Shown piece after piece: positions 41,756 through 56,200 of a stretch of DNA of 64,000 bases. Origin of the DNA: Octopus sinensis (lineage: Eukaryota); NCBI RefSeq assembly GCF_006345805.1, contig NC_043002.1, positions 113,026,001 through 113,090,000 of the forward strand. The letters run 5' to 3'. The translations under genes were made by a program, and so were the position numbers. The notes beneath the pieces were generated by a model. That model made no database searches and was not told the origin of the DNA. It was given only the letters and a program-made list of their open reading frames with translations. Position 1 is the stretch's first letter. The number at the start of each line of letters is the position of its first letter.

Positions 41756-43744
41756 ATTATATGCAACAGAAGCAATATTAGATTAAAATAGGTATCTGTG
41801 AATCAAACATAATGTAAATACATTGTTGAAAGGCAAATTTACAGTGGTAGCCAACCTTTATGGTGGATGCTTTTTTTCTGTGCCACCAGTGCTAGTGATG
41901 TCACCATATAGCTTGCAATACTATGAACCTCAAGTTGGGAGAGGGGACTTTATGCTAGGACAATAAAAAGGGGTAAAGTATGACAGAAAAGGGCTGAAGC
42001 AGAATAGATTTATTGCTATAAAGGGGCAATATTATTTTAGAAGAAGTGATTGGATAGAGGTGGAAGGTAATAAAAGAATTGTGGTGATAAGGTGTATGGG
42101 TAGACCTTCGAGGCTGAGGTGAACGAATGGAAAAGAAGGGTCAAGAGTGAGTGGAGAAATTAGGGATGTCTAATAATGCAGACCAACAGAATAGAAACGA
42201 TAACATTAAACAGGAGAAGGACAAAAGGCAGATGACATGCTTTTGGATACACAACCTCAAAAGGCAACAACCAATCCACACAAATATTGAAATGTTGAGG
42301 TAAAAAGTGATGATAATAACATGGGTGCATACACACACACATACATAGAAAGGCTTCAACAGAGAGTCCAGAAGCTGGCTACCCGCATGGTTCATGGTCT
42401 CAAGAATTTGTCTTATGAAGAAAGGCTGAAGACGCTCGACCTTTATTCTCTAGAAAAACGCCGCCGCCATGGAGATCTCATTCTCGCTCACAACATCATA
42501 AGCGGAAAGTGTAACCTCTCGAAAGAGCTGTTCTTCACTCCTGCTCCAGAGCGTCGGCTGCGGGGTCATTCCAAAAAGCTCTACCTGCGATGATTTCATC
42601 TCAATCGAAGGAGAGGGGCTTTCTCCGTCCGGGTTGCGGATCCGTGGAATAAGCTGCCGGACGAGATGGTGAAGATGCCGACGACCGCTCGGTTCAAAGT
42701 CTCCCTTAACCACAAGGGGCCTGAACTCTTTACATGAACACCACCCTGTACATAACTCCATGTCCCCCTACATGGCCTTGCTTTTTGCTTTTGAGCCCAA
42801 AAATTAACAAACTAACTAACTAAATTCCATTCACAAGGTATTGCTCAACATGAAGCTACAGTAACAGAAAACTACCCAAGATGGCACAGAGTGGGGTTGG
42901 ATCCAGGACAACATAATTGCAAAGTGAATTGCTTAACAACATAACCATTTGCAATGTGTAAGTGGTGCTCTATGTGTACTTACTGTGCTACAATTAAAGG
43001 AGGGTTAACTTGGGAATGGATTTGATTGAAAGAAACTGAAAGAAAGTGTAAAATACAACGTCATCATTATCATTCGATATCTGCTTTCCATGCTGGCATG
43101 GGTTGAACAGTTTAATAAGATTCAGTGAGCTGTAGGGCTGCACCAAGTTCCAGAAAATTAGCTTTAACGTTGTTTGTACGGCTGGATGCCCTTCTTAATG
43201 CGAAGCATTTAATACTGGGTGCTTTTTTTCACGTCATCAAACACTAGTAAGGTTGTCAAGGAACTTACAAGAAAGAAAAAGAACAAAAAAAATGGAAAAG
43301 GAAAAAAACCTCTCACCATCTAAATAGGGAGAGTAATTGAGAGATGGTGTTTTATGCTAAATAGTGAAAGGCTAAAGAAATATGACAGAGTGACAAGCAT
43401 AGGTGTGTTGCTATAGAGAAGGTATATAGCAACACAACATTATATAAGGGTGTGTGGAAGTAGTTGAGGAGATGAAGATGATAGTGATTCAGTAGCAGAG
43501 CAAACTCTCAAGAGATACATGAAGATGAGCATAAAAGAGGATATGAACAATGGATTGATAAGGGTAGTGGGTTGCACAATAAGAGTTTGAGGGGGAATAA
43601 CAAATAGTTAGAGATGAGGGTAGAGGGGAATATAATGAGTGATGTACAAGGGTGGAAGTGCAGCTGATAGTAAATATCAGTATGGAGAAGCAATAAGGTG
43701 AGCGAGATACCTATCTATCTATATATATATACACACACACACAC

Positions 43745-43776
<32 letters not shown>

Positions 43777-44124
43777 CACACACATATATACACACACATA
43801 CACACATATATATACACACACACATATATACCACACACACACACACATATATATACACACACACACACACACATATATATACACACACACACATATACAC
43901 ACACATATATATACACACACATATATATACACACACACACATACACACACACACATATATACACACACACACACACATATATATACACACACACACACAT
44001 ATATATACACACACACACACATACATATATACACACACACATACATATATACACACATACATATATACACACATACATATATACACACACACACATACAT
44101 ACATACATACATACATACACACAC

Positions 44125-44156
<32 letters not shown>

Positions 44157-44168
44157 ACATACATACAT

Positions 44169-44208
<40 letters not shown>

Positions 44209-47200
44209 TGTGTGTCTCTCCATCTTGACATCATGGGATTGTTGTAAATAAATGTTATTTCCAATAGGCTACAAAACATGTCAGGCCATGGAGAAAGATT
44301 ACCTTATTTGGATACAGGTGAGGGTTGTCAACAGGAAGGACATACAGCAGCAGAAATTTTACCTCAATAAAACTAAAAATATGATGATGATGATGATGAC
44401 TTCACCATTTCCTGCAAACATTCCTTCTATCATAGATTCAACTTCTACATATTCAAATTTAAGTGAGTAACAAATAACACTTACTTGATTGTTTCAAGCA
44501 TCTTGTCTAATTCAGCAACAGTCTCTGATGAACCACCAACTTCACTTATAATCTGCCTAACTTCATCCAAGTTCTCTCGCATTGCACGGAATTCCTTTTC
44601 AAAAGCCCCCGCAGCACCAGTAATGGTGATATTCTTGACCTTGTCAACCATCTCATGAGTGCGATCTGATTACAAATATTTCAAAAATTTAAAGTCATTT
44701 ATTACAGCCATTACTAAAACCCAACAAATGAGAAAGTTATTTTGTTGTTTGTTGTAGATGAGTTTGGAGACTGATTGCAGAAGAAATACAAAAACACAAA
44801 CCCACACTGAAATATATGATGGAGTGATTGCTTCACTAACTCATGCTCTGACCTCAACTGCTAACCATCCCAGGTGTATCTCAAGGATTTGCAGTTGTCA
44901 CACACCAACTAACAGATTGTATTTGTTACAAGCACTACCAGAGCCTTTCCCTTAACTTTTCTGGCAGACACGTCTTGAGGAAACAAAGGAGGAAACCCAT
45001 CATGGGCTATCAATAAACCTGGTCTGAATGCCAACAGTAGAGTGGACTCCACCAAAGGTATTCAAGGGCCATGTAGCACATCCATTCAGCAGGTTTCTCT
45101 CTCCTCAATTCCACTCAAAAGTTTAGTGTCAATCTGGAGCAATAGAAGTACTTGCCCAATATGCCACCCAGTAGGATCAAGCCAGGAACAATTGAGTTGA
45201 GAAGTAAAATTTGAAACCACATAGCAATACATTTTGTCCACTCTTTGTGCTACATAACAGATTACTTCATAATAGTATCAAATGTGGTTTCAGATTACAT
45301 GGTCTAAAGTTCAAATCATCTTATCTCTCATTTTGTAACCCTATAGAAGGAGAAAGAGAGTGCATAATTAAGCTTTGCCACAGTTTACTGGAGACAACTT
45401 CTTGCTTTACAAGTGAAGTAATTAGAAATATGAAAGATATTCAGCTTCAAGAAACAACTGCTTCAACAACACAGGTTTTAATTCGCAAGCTCAAGATTAC
45501 TGTTGGTTCAAATATGCTTGGGACGTATTCAAACCCAAAAGAAAGCCATTCACTGTGTTTTGTCATGGAGAAAAGTTTTTGCTGTAGACAACAAATACAC
45601 CAAAATCAGCTCACAGTATCTATTTTCTTTACTATCTACAAGGGGCTAAACACAGAGGGGACAAACAAGGACATACATAGGTATTAAATCGATTACATCA
45701 ACCCCAGTGCGTAACTGGTACTTAATTTAACGACCCCGAAAGGATGAAAGGCCAAGTCGACCTCGGCGGAATTTGAACTCACAACGTAACGGCAGACGAA
45801 ATACCGCTAAGCATTTCGCCCGGGACGCTAACGTTTCTGCCAGCTCGACCCACCCAGACTGTGAGATGCAAACAGTTCAGAATGCTTGCATCTCACAGTC
45901 CAGGTCGGTGGCACTGTGAGCTGATTCTAGTCTATTTACACTGTTTGTCTACAGCAAGAACTTTTCTCAATGACAAAACACAGTGAATGGCTTTCTTTTG
46001 GGTTTGAATATACCTCAAGCACGTTTGAACTGGTAACAACATTGTATTTATTACTGCTACCCTGTAATTTGCAGAACTCATTCCTCCACAGTTAATGTAG
46101 TGACATGGCAATGAAATGGTCAAAAAAAAAAAACATATTCCCTTTTTGTAATGTCATAGTTTAAAAAAGGTCAGAAATAAACTGGAAAATATTTCAATAG
46201 CTAGATATCTTTCAGATGAACAACACTGATCATAAGGCAAAGAGGGTACTATGTGACCATTTGACTTGCTGGAAAAAGCAACCAGACTACCCTCAAATCA
46301 TACTTTACCATCTTTAAAAAAAGATAAATGGGAGATGTTGGCCTAGCTATACAAAATCAGGATGGTCATGACTGGAAGATTCATCTGGATTAAAGGTGAC
46401 CTAAGGTTAAAGATCATTAATCATAAGTTTATGATAGAGCCTCTACATGCTACTTATAGCAGCCAGGTCATACTTAATGTAATCCAAGTTATATGCTGAG
46501 GTGGCCAAAGCTACAAAGTTTTGTTTTTTTCATAGACTTGCTCAATAAGACCTAAGGCTTAAGCAACAACATAAATTGTAGATAAGCATCATATTCAGGT
46601 GAGATAAGAAAGTGTTGAGCAGTTTATATTAATTAACTCTTTAGCATTCAGATTACTCAGTCAAGGGTGATTTTTTTTTATTCACAATGTTTTCAATTAA
46701 TCTTGTATTATCTCATAGCTTTGTGATTTCACTGATGTGATTGTATATTTTTAGAATGACATTGAAGAATATGTGTGAGATGCCAGATCTGGCCAGTTTG
46801 AACATAAAACAAGTAGAATATTTAGGCTGGGTATGGCCAATTTAAATGCTTAAGAGTAATATAATGCCTTAATACCATATGACCAAACATGAAGAAACTG
46901 AAACCCACAGAAACATTTATGATTATAACAAACAGGAAAAAAATTCATTTAACAAAATATTACACAAAATAACTCCAACAAAATTCCGTACAAATATCAT
47001 CAATGATTGAAGTCAAAGTCAAGTGTTTCATCTCAATAATTCAGCATCCCTAGAGTTACATTATTTTATTTTAAAGTATCAAAGTTTCAAAACTAAAAAA
47101 TTTCAGATTATAAGATTTACTTCAGGGGTAATTAGTTGCTATATATAGAGCAAATGAAAAACAAGGAGCAGATGTCAATATTTCTATCTTGTTCGTGTAA

Positions 47201-50200
47201 ACAAGTTGTTTATGTAAATATGTATTTGATGGTTCAATCCTACACAAAAGCAGCAATAAATTATATTTAATTATAATATATTAGAAGTACTTGCATAGTA
47301 AGTGACCTGATCTGAGATCGTGTGCTAAAACAAAAACAATTGCAGTGTGGAAGGTGTTTACAAGCCATTTAACCCTTTCGTTACCAACCCAGCCAAAACC
47401 GGCTCTGGCTCTGTGGTAAAATGTCTTGTTTTCTTAAGTTTTGAATTAAAATTTTCCACTAAACCTTAGTCACAATTTATGTTCCTAATACTAGCTTAAT
47501 GATAACTAAGTTATTTTACTAAATTCTTTGTTATATTTAAAATTAATTGAAAGAAACACAGAGCATCTCAAAATAAATGCAGTAACGAAAGGGTTAAAAA
47601 CACAAAAACTGTTACTTTCACTTCAACTGCGACTTTATCACAGGGAATTTTGTCAGTGACAAAATTCCCCATGCTGCATCTCAGCAGCATGGAATTTTGT
47701 CAGCGAACAGGTCGTGGTCTGAAAGCGACGAAAATATTTTGCCAAATTGAATTTAAATGTTGAGGTGAAACTAACATTATAAACACCTTTCACGCTGCAA
47801 CTATATATATTCAACTAGCAGTATCGCCCGGCGTTGCTCGGGTTTGTAAGGGAAATAACTATATAAGCATTTTTAGAGATGTAAAGTATAATAGCCATCT
47901 CAATATAGCTAACCACAAAGGGAGGGGGGTGTTACTGTAGATGAGATTTAATAATACATTTTTAGAGAGTTACTTCCCTTATATAATAGCAAAAAAATGC
48001 ATTAAAATGGAAAAAAATTATGGTAAATCTTTTTTAAATCATAGACTCATCGTAGATGCTCGCTAATACCCAGAAGGGCTCGATATGAATCACGACTATA
48101 AGATACCCGATTTTGGTTAAACTGCACCGCAAAATGCGGGAGTAGTTAGGAATCTAAATCGTAGGAGACAGACACACAACTTCACTTTTATATATATTCA
48201 ATTAGTTAAAAAGAAATCCAAGCATAAACTTACCGCTGAGATCACGTACAACTCTGTCCCAATTATCAAAACATTCACCACATGATTTACAGTTGGGTAG
48301 TTTTCCGATGGTTCCACGGGCACATTTGTCACAATTGTGACCAGTGACACCAGGAATGCAAGTACACTGGCCAGTTCGACGATTACACTGTGTTGAGATT
48401 GAACCTTCTCGGCTACAATTGCAAGCTGTAAAAGAGAAAAAAATATATCATTAGGAAAAGTTCCTATTAGCCTATATTTAAAAACAAAAGGCTGTTTTAT
48501 TGAACAACTAATATATGTATAAGTTCATAAGATTTGATAAATCTTTACATCATGGCGAGATGAGCAAAGCAAGTTGTGATAAAAGGAAACTTCTCTCACT
48601 TTGGTAAGTTTTGTCTGAAATGTCAGCATCCTTGACTTTATCATACGATCTTATCAAAATTTACAAACCTTTCTATATAATGTTTACTGAGCAAGACATG
48701 ATTTAGTTTCTTCAAGACCTGGTCTTATTTAATATTAGCAGTATCGCCCGGCGTTGCTCGGGTTTGTAAGGGAAATAACTATATAAGCATTTTTAGAGAT
48801 GTAAAGTATAATAGCCATCTCAATATGGCTAACCACAAAGGAAGGGGGGTGTTACTGTAGCTTTTTACGTTCTGAGATTTAATAATAAATTTTTAGAGAG
48901 TTACTTCCCTTATATATGCCAAAAATGCATTAAAAATGGGAAAAATTGATGGTAAATTTTTTTTTAAATCGTAGACTCATCGTAGACGCGCGCTAATACC
49001 CAGAAGGGCTCGATATGAATCACGACTATAAGATACCCGGTTTTGGTTAAACTGCACCGCAAAATGTGGGAGTAGTTAGGAATCTAAATCATAGGAGACA
49101 GACAGCACACAACCTCTCTTTTATATATAAAGATATGTACACATATAAGGCAGCAAGCTGGCAGAAGCGTTACCATGCTAGACAAAACCGCTTAGCAGCA
49201 TTTCTTTTGATTTCATGTTCTAAGTTTAAATGACCCCAAGGCTGACTGCCTTCCAAATTTTTAGGATTAATATAAAGTATCAGTTGACACTGGATCAATG
49301 TAATAGATTTAGCCCCCCCCCCCCCCCGGCCACCACAAAATTGCTGTCTCTGTACCAAAACTTGAAACTAAAATATGCACACACAAATATGGTTAAAAGA
49401 ACCAATCCACTTAGACAAAGTTTCAACATTTTGCCATATTAAATCTCCCATGACTTACATTTTCAATTTTTTAAATTTTTTTCCTTTTTTTCTTTATCAT
49501 TAATAGTTTCCTGTCACAAAATGTTTATCTCACACATTTCTCACACGAAACAAAGTAGAAAATGATAAGATAAACAACATACATTATATAAATATATAAA
49601 TGTGTGTGCATGCAAACATACATTCATATATATATATATATATATATATAAACATACATACACTCATGCAGTATTTTAAATTCCATACATCAGCATTCCC
49701 AAATCATTAACAATGGATTATTATTGCCCATCCCACAAATAGAAGCAAAAATACAGATGTAATTATCAAACAAATAGACAAATGAATATATATGTCATAG
49801 TTCTTTCCTATCCCACCTCCAGAAACCATTTTGTTTTGAATCTAGCCTTATGAAATCTTAGGTCTAATGAAAAAGTAAAAATCCAATATCAGTTGAAAAG
49901 CAATCTGTCATCAATTTGCATAAAATGCCTCGTTAGAACTAATAAATGACATTTATCTTCAGTCTCTTATCTTTTACTTGTTTCAGTCATCAGACTGCAG
50001 CCAAGCTGGAGCAATGCCATTGAAGAATTTTAGTCAAATAAATCAACCCCAGTACTTCTTTTTCTTTTAAACCTGGTACTTATTCTATCAGACCCTTTTG
50101 TCAAACCACTAAATTATGGGTATGTAAATACACAAACAGTGGCTGGGGACAAACACAGACGCAACAGCACAAACACATAGATATATATATGATAGGCTTC

Positions 50201-53200
50201 TTTGAGTTTCCATCAACCAAATCCACTCAAAGCAAACTTTTTACCACACAGCCACACCTGCACCTATAAATACTCCTTTCTATTATAGGCACAAGGCCTG
50301 AAATCTTGTGGAAGGGAGCTAGTCAATTGCATTGATCCCAGAGTTCAACTAGTTCTTATTTTATCAACTCCAAAAGGAAGAAAGGCAAAGTCAACCTTGG
50401 CAGAATTTGAACACAGAACGTAAACATGCACAAAATGCTGCTGAGTATTTTGTCTGACATGGTAACAAATCTGCCAGCTAGTCATATATATATAAGACTA
50501 GCAGTACCGCCCGGCGTTGCTCGGGTTTGTAAGGGAAATAACTATATAAGCATTTTTAGAGAGTTATAGCCAAAAAATAGCAAAAAAATGCATTAAAAAT
50601 GGGAAAAAAATGATGGTAAATTTTTTTTTAAATCGTTGACTCATCGTAGACATTTTTAAAGAGTTACTTCCCTTATATAATAGCGAAAAAAATGCATTAA
50701 AATGGAAAAAAATTATGGTAAATTTTTTTTTAAATCGTTGACTCATCGTAGACATTTTTAAAGAGTTACTTCCCTTATATAATAGCGAAAAAAATGCATT
50801 AAAATGGAAAAAAATTATGGTAAATTTTTTTTTAAATCGTTGACTCATCGTAGACAATTTTAAAGAGTTACTTCCCTTATATAATAGCGAAAAAAATGCA
50901 TTAAAATGGAAAAAAATTATGGTAAATTTTTTTTTAAATCGTAGACGCGCGCTAATGCCCAGAAGGGCTCGATATGAATCACGACTATAAGATACCCGGT
51001 TTTGGTTAAACTGCACCGCAAAATGTGGGAGTAGTTAGGAATCTAAATCGTAGGAGACAGACACACAACTTCACTTTTATATATAAAGATATACACACAG
51101 TTACTGCTCTCCTGAGTTGAATGAAGGAACATGTCTTGCTTACACATTCCTCTTTGACAAGGTTTCTATGGATGGATACATTTCCTAATGCTAACTATTT
51201 TATAGGGTGTACTGAATACACCCCATCAATGGCACTAGCACCTGAGAAGTTTAATGTCCTCAGCAAGACTAAAGGGTGCTCTATTTAACATTGCATCTGT
51301 TCATAATGTGACCTAATAGAGTGGACAAACAGAAGAGAGAGGTGATGGACAAGAGAGCACCAGAACATGAGGTTGAAAGAAGAAAGAAAGTGATGGGAAT
51401 AGCAGAGTGATAGGAGTAGGAAGATGGTAAGGGAGGAAATGATGGCAGAGAGACAATCATAAGCAGAGTTCAAATTCCGCCGAGGTCGACTTTGCCTTTC
51501 ACCCTTTCAGGGTCGATAAATTAAGTACCAGTTACGCACTGGGGTCGATGAAATCGACTTAATACCTATGTCTGTCCTTGTTTGTCCACTCTGTGTTCAG
51601 CCCCTTGTGGGTAATAAAGAAATAGGTATTTCGTCTGCGTTACGTTGTGAGTTCAAATTCCGCCGAGGTCGACTTTGCCTTTCACCCTTTCGGGGTCGAT
51701 AAATTAAGTACCAGTTACGCACTGGGGTCGATGTAATCGACTTAATACCTATGTCTGTCCTTGTTTGTCCACTCTGTGTTCAGCCCCTTGTGGGTAATAA
51801 AGAAATAGGTATTTCGTCTGCGTTACGTTGTGAGTTCAAATTCCGCCGAGGTCGACTTTGCCTTTCACCCTTTCGGGGTCGATAAATTAAGTACCAGTTA
51901 CGCACTGGGGTCGATGTAATCGACTTAATACCTATGTCTGTCCTTGTTTGTCCGCTCTGTGTTCAGCCCCTTGTGGGTAATAAAGAAATAGGTATTTCGT
52001 CTGCGTTACGTTGTGAGTTCAAATTCCGCTGAGGTCGACTTTGCCTTTCACCCTTTCGGGGTCGATAAATTAAGTACCAGCTACGCACTGGGGTCGATGT
52101 AATCGACTTAATACCTATGTCTGTCCTTGTTTGTCCGCTCTGTGTTCAGCCCCTTGTGGGTAATAAAGAAATAGGTATTTCGTCTGCGTTACGTTGTGAG
52201 TTCAAATTCCGCCGAGGTCGACTTTGCCTTTCACCCTTTCGGGGTCGATAAATTAAGTACCAGTTACGCACTGGGTTCGATGTAATCGACTTAATACCTA
52301 TGTCTGTCCTTGTTTGTCCCCTCTGTGTTCAGCCCCTTGTGGGTAATAAAGAAATAGGTATTTCGTCTGCGTTACGTTGTGAGTTCAAATTCCGCCGAGG
52401 TCGACTTTGCCTTTCACCCTTTCGGGGTCGATAAATTAAGTACCAGTTACGCACTGGGGTCGATGTAATCGACTTAATACCTATGTCTGTCCTTGTTTGT
52501 CCACTCTGTGTTCAGCCCCTTGTGGGTAATAAAGAAATAGGTATTTTGTCTGCGTTACGTTGTGAGTTCAAATTCCACCGAGGTCGACTTTGCCTTTCAC
52601 CCTTTCGGGGTCGATAAATTAAGTACCAGTTACGCACTGGGGTCGATGTAATCGACTTAATACCTATGTCTGTCCTTGTTTGTCTCCTCTGCGTTCAGCC
52701 CCTTGTGGGTAATAAAGAAATAGGTATACTGTTGTTGATAAGTAGATATAACAGAAAAACAGCACAAGTGGGGTGATAAAGTATAAGGGAGTGAGAGAGG
52801 AAGAGACGGTGATTAAAGGGGGCATAATAGAAGTGAAGAAGTGACACATGCCAACAAAGGGTCTTTAAATACCTACATGGGTACTCAATCAGTTACAATG
52901 ACAAGGGTTCCAATTGATCTAATCAACGGAACAGCCTGCTCGTGAAATTAACATGCAATTGGCTGAGCACTCCACGTGTACCTTTAACGTAGTTCTCAGG
53001 GAGATTCAGCGTGACACAGAATGTAGCAAGACTGGCCCCTTTGAAATACAGGTACTACTCTTTTTTGCCAGCTGAATGAACTGAAGCAATGTGAAATAAA
53101 GTGTTTTGCTCAAGGACACAACACACCACACCACCAAGATTTGAACTCATGACCTCACAATCATGAACCAAGTACTCTAACCTCTAAACCATATACCTTC

Positions 53201-56200
53201 GCTACACACACACAGACATATATACATACATACATACATAATTCTTCGATACACAATATTACTACAGTGCTTCATTACTTTTGCCGACTTCATCTGCCTC
53301 TGAAGCAATTCAGAAGATATATACAGGTAAGAATGTACTGAGTGTGACATATATTTATCCATTGTCATAAAATAAAAAGTTTTAGATTTTTGGTTAATAA
53401 AAGTTTACAGGTTGATTGTTACTGACAATGTTTTACATATTTACAATTCAAAATGGCCATCCTTGGCTTTCACCAAAGCTCTTAATCTTTTCTCAACTGA
53501 AGTCTAAATAATGAGTGAACATATAAAGCAAACCCAGTGAAACAAATTTAAAAGTACACACCAAAAATGATTTTAATGTAATGACATGCAATTATGTATT
53601 GATTAGAAAGACCGGGAACTTACGGAAACACTGGACGGCGGGATCTCCCCAGTAGTAATCTTCACAGTCACTGCACGTACGTCCACCTCGACCAGTTTTA
53701 CATTGACACTGACCATCGATCTGCAAGTTATTTTTAGCCATAAATTGTTAAATATTTTGATACTTATGTTTTAATTGGTCAGCCAATTCACTGCTTCAGT
53801 AACAAGATTATTTGGTTAAACTACCAAAAGTGAGATGGTAAAACTCTCCCTTGGTCACAAAAAGTCTCCATCCTGTATCAGATGTTTCTGACTGGTCAGT
53901 TTAACTAGGAATGGGCTGTTGTACATTCTGGCTTTGGCTATTAGTCACTCAGGTAAGCCATAACCAAAACCAGACAAGGGGAAAGCCCTACTAGTCAGGA
54001 TCATTTCTGAAGATGAACTCAGAGTTCTTAGCTAAAAACCTACTTGCCCATTTTACAATGTTTTAAGACAATGAACCCCTTTGATTCCTATTTTACTCAG
54101 GTGGACCTTCATAACCATTCAACATTTAAAAATGTCCCATTATATTTTTATCACTAAATATTATTAGGAATTGTATAAAAAATTGTTGAAATATTTTCTG
54201 TGTTGGAGAAGTTTTACCAATTGCACATGAATTTTAACAGCAAAATCTTCAATGATCCCTGGTTGAGAACCACTGCTTCAAACAGTAAAATATTTTCATC
54301 TTGTTGTGTCTGTTTTAACTCAGTGAACTTGGCTATTGTTTTACAGAAAGAGAATTTAAAAAAAGCAATTTCTGTGTAATGACTTACCTGATTACATTGC
54401 TGGAAAAATGAACCGAGGGGATCACATTCACAACGTTCACAGCCATCTCCACTAGCAATGTTCCAGTGGTTATCAGCACATTGATCACATTCTCTTCCAA
54501 TAACATTGGGATGACAGTGGCACTGGCCAGAAACTCTGTCGCAAAGACCACCTGAGGAGTTGGTGCCAAGATAATTACAGACACAGTCTAAAAGGAAGAA
54601 AAGAAAAGTTTCAAATAGTATTTCATTATATTTAAAGCTTCTTGTCATATTCAGATATTTATCTGGGGAGAAATAGAAAATATAGTAATACCAAAACAGC
54701 AAAATAAACCAAGAAAGCCTCTTTGCAGATTTCATCACCTTCTAGAAAAAGCTGCCAAATTTTCTTCAAATCACATCCTACTATTTAAAAATATATATAT
54801 AGGATTGTATAGCCTTAGATGAAGTAGAAGACAAGGTGGTCACATATGGAATGTACTGGATCAGTAGATTGCTTGATCATGATTAACACCAGCAGTAGAA
54901 GCAACAGAAATGGGTACAATACAAGAGCTTCTAAAGAATAGCTTGACCTGCTTGAATTAGAAACTAAATCTTTCTTGAGTCATGCTGCTGACTTCAAACA
55001 GACACCAGAATAATGTTGTCCTCTTATGGAGCATCTTTGATCACAAAGGGTTGACCAAAAGGTAAACAACCACAATAACAGGATTATTAAGATCATAGTC
55101 ATAAATTTAAATGTTAATTACAAGGGCCATCTTTGTTAATTTATCTGCACTAAGCCAAATATGACTTGATGTAAATAGCTGAATATTTCTCAAAAGTTTA
55201 GGATCATATGAAATAGTAGAGGATATTCACTGAAATGTTTGATTGAGCTCATATAAAAAAAAAAATTCAATGGGCGCAGGAGTGGCTGTGTGGTAAGTAG
55301 CTTGCTAGCCAACCACATGGTTCCGGGTTCAGTCCCACTGCGTGGCATCTTGGGCAAAATGTCTTCTGCTATAGCCCCGGGCCGACCAATGCCTTGTGAG
55401 CGGATTTGGTAAACGGAAACTGAAAGAAGCCTGTCGTATATATGTATATATATATATGTGTATGTGTTTGTGTGTTTGTCCCCCTAGCATTGCTTGACAA
55501 CCGATGCTGGTGTGTTTACGTCCCCGTCACTTAGCGGTTTGGCAAAAGAGACCGATAGAATAAGTACTGGGCTTACAAAGAATAAGTCCCGGCGTCGATT
55601 TGCTCGACTAAAAGGCGATGCTCCAGCATGGCCGCAGTCAAATGACTGAAACAAGTAAAAGAGAGTAAAAGAGAACAGTTAATAGAATTGGATAACATAA
55701 AAAAGAAAGCATGACAGTCGGTTGATTATATAGAAGCAGCTTTCTGGATGACTGACTATTTTGGATTCAGTCAAGTGTAGAGAACACACAGATTGTTAAT
55801 CATTTGGTCCTTTTGAAGGCCCAAAATTTCAGTACTAAATGGAGGGGATTGAACAATTAGGCATTGAGAGATCTAGTAGGTCTACTAAAGTATGCTAGGA
55901 ATGTCAGAACATACCACATAAATATCTGGCAAGTTATCTAGTGCTGCAGTGTAAAGAAGTTTTAGAGTGGTAAATAGATTTTTACCATAGATTTATGCTT
56001 CATAAAGTAATGAGGAGTGAGTTTGTTAAAATCAACTCCGCCATACAAGTGGTAGCTTTTAACCACATCACTGCTCAATTTCAATTTCCAGAGGAAGTAA
56101 AAGCAGTGTTATTACTGTGCACTTTGATCAAGCAAACACCTACAGTCAAATGACATTAAAACCTCAGTCTATTTTATTTTCTTCTTTTCTTTTCAGGCAT

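Noticed and set aside
43698-44279. Long ORFs rich in Y/I/H/T or C/V/Y/M
   Set aside because: Translation of dinucleotide microsatellites.
50564-51016. 150-aa ORF with 34-aa repeats
   Set aside because: It is the 102-bp internal tandem of a Helitron; the unit length happens to be a multiple of 3.
51466-52727. Regularly spaced repeats as a possible CRISPR array (also 56413-56780 and 17054-17779)
   Set aside because: Units are contiguous with no unique spacers, derive from SINE/MITE sequence, and the context is a eukaryotic intron without cas genes.
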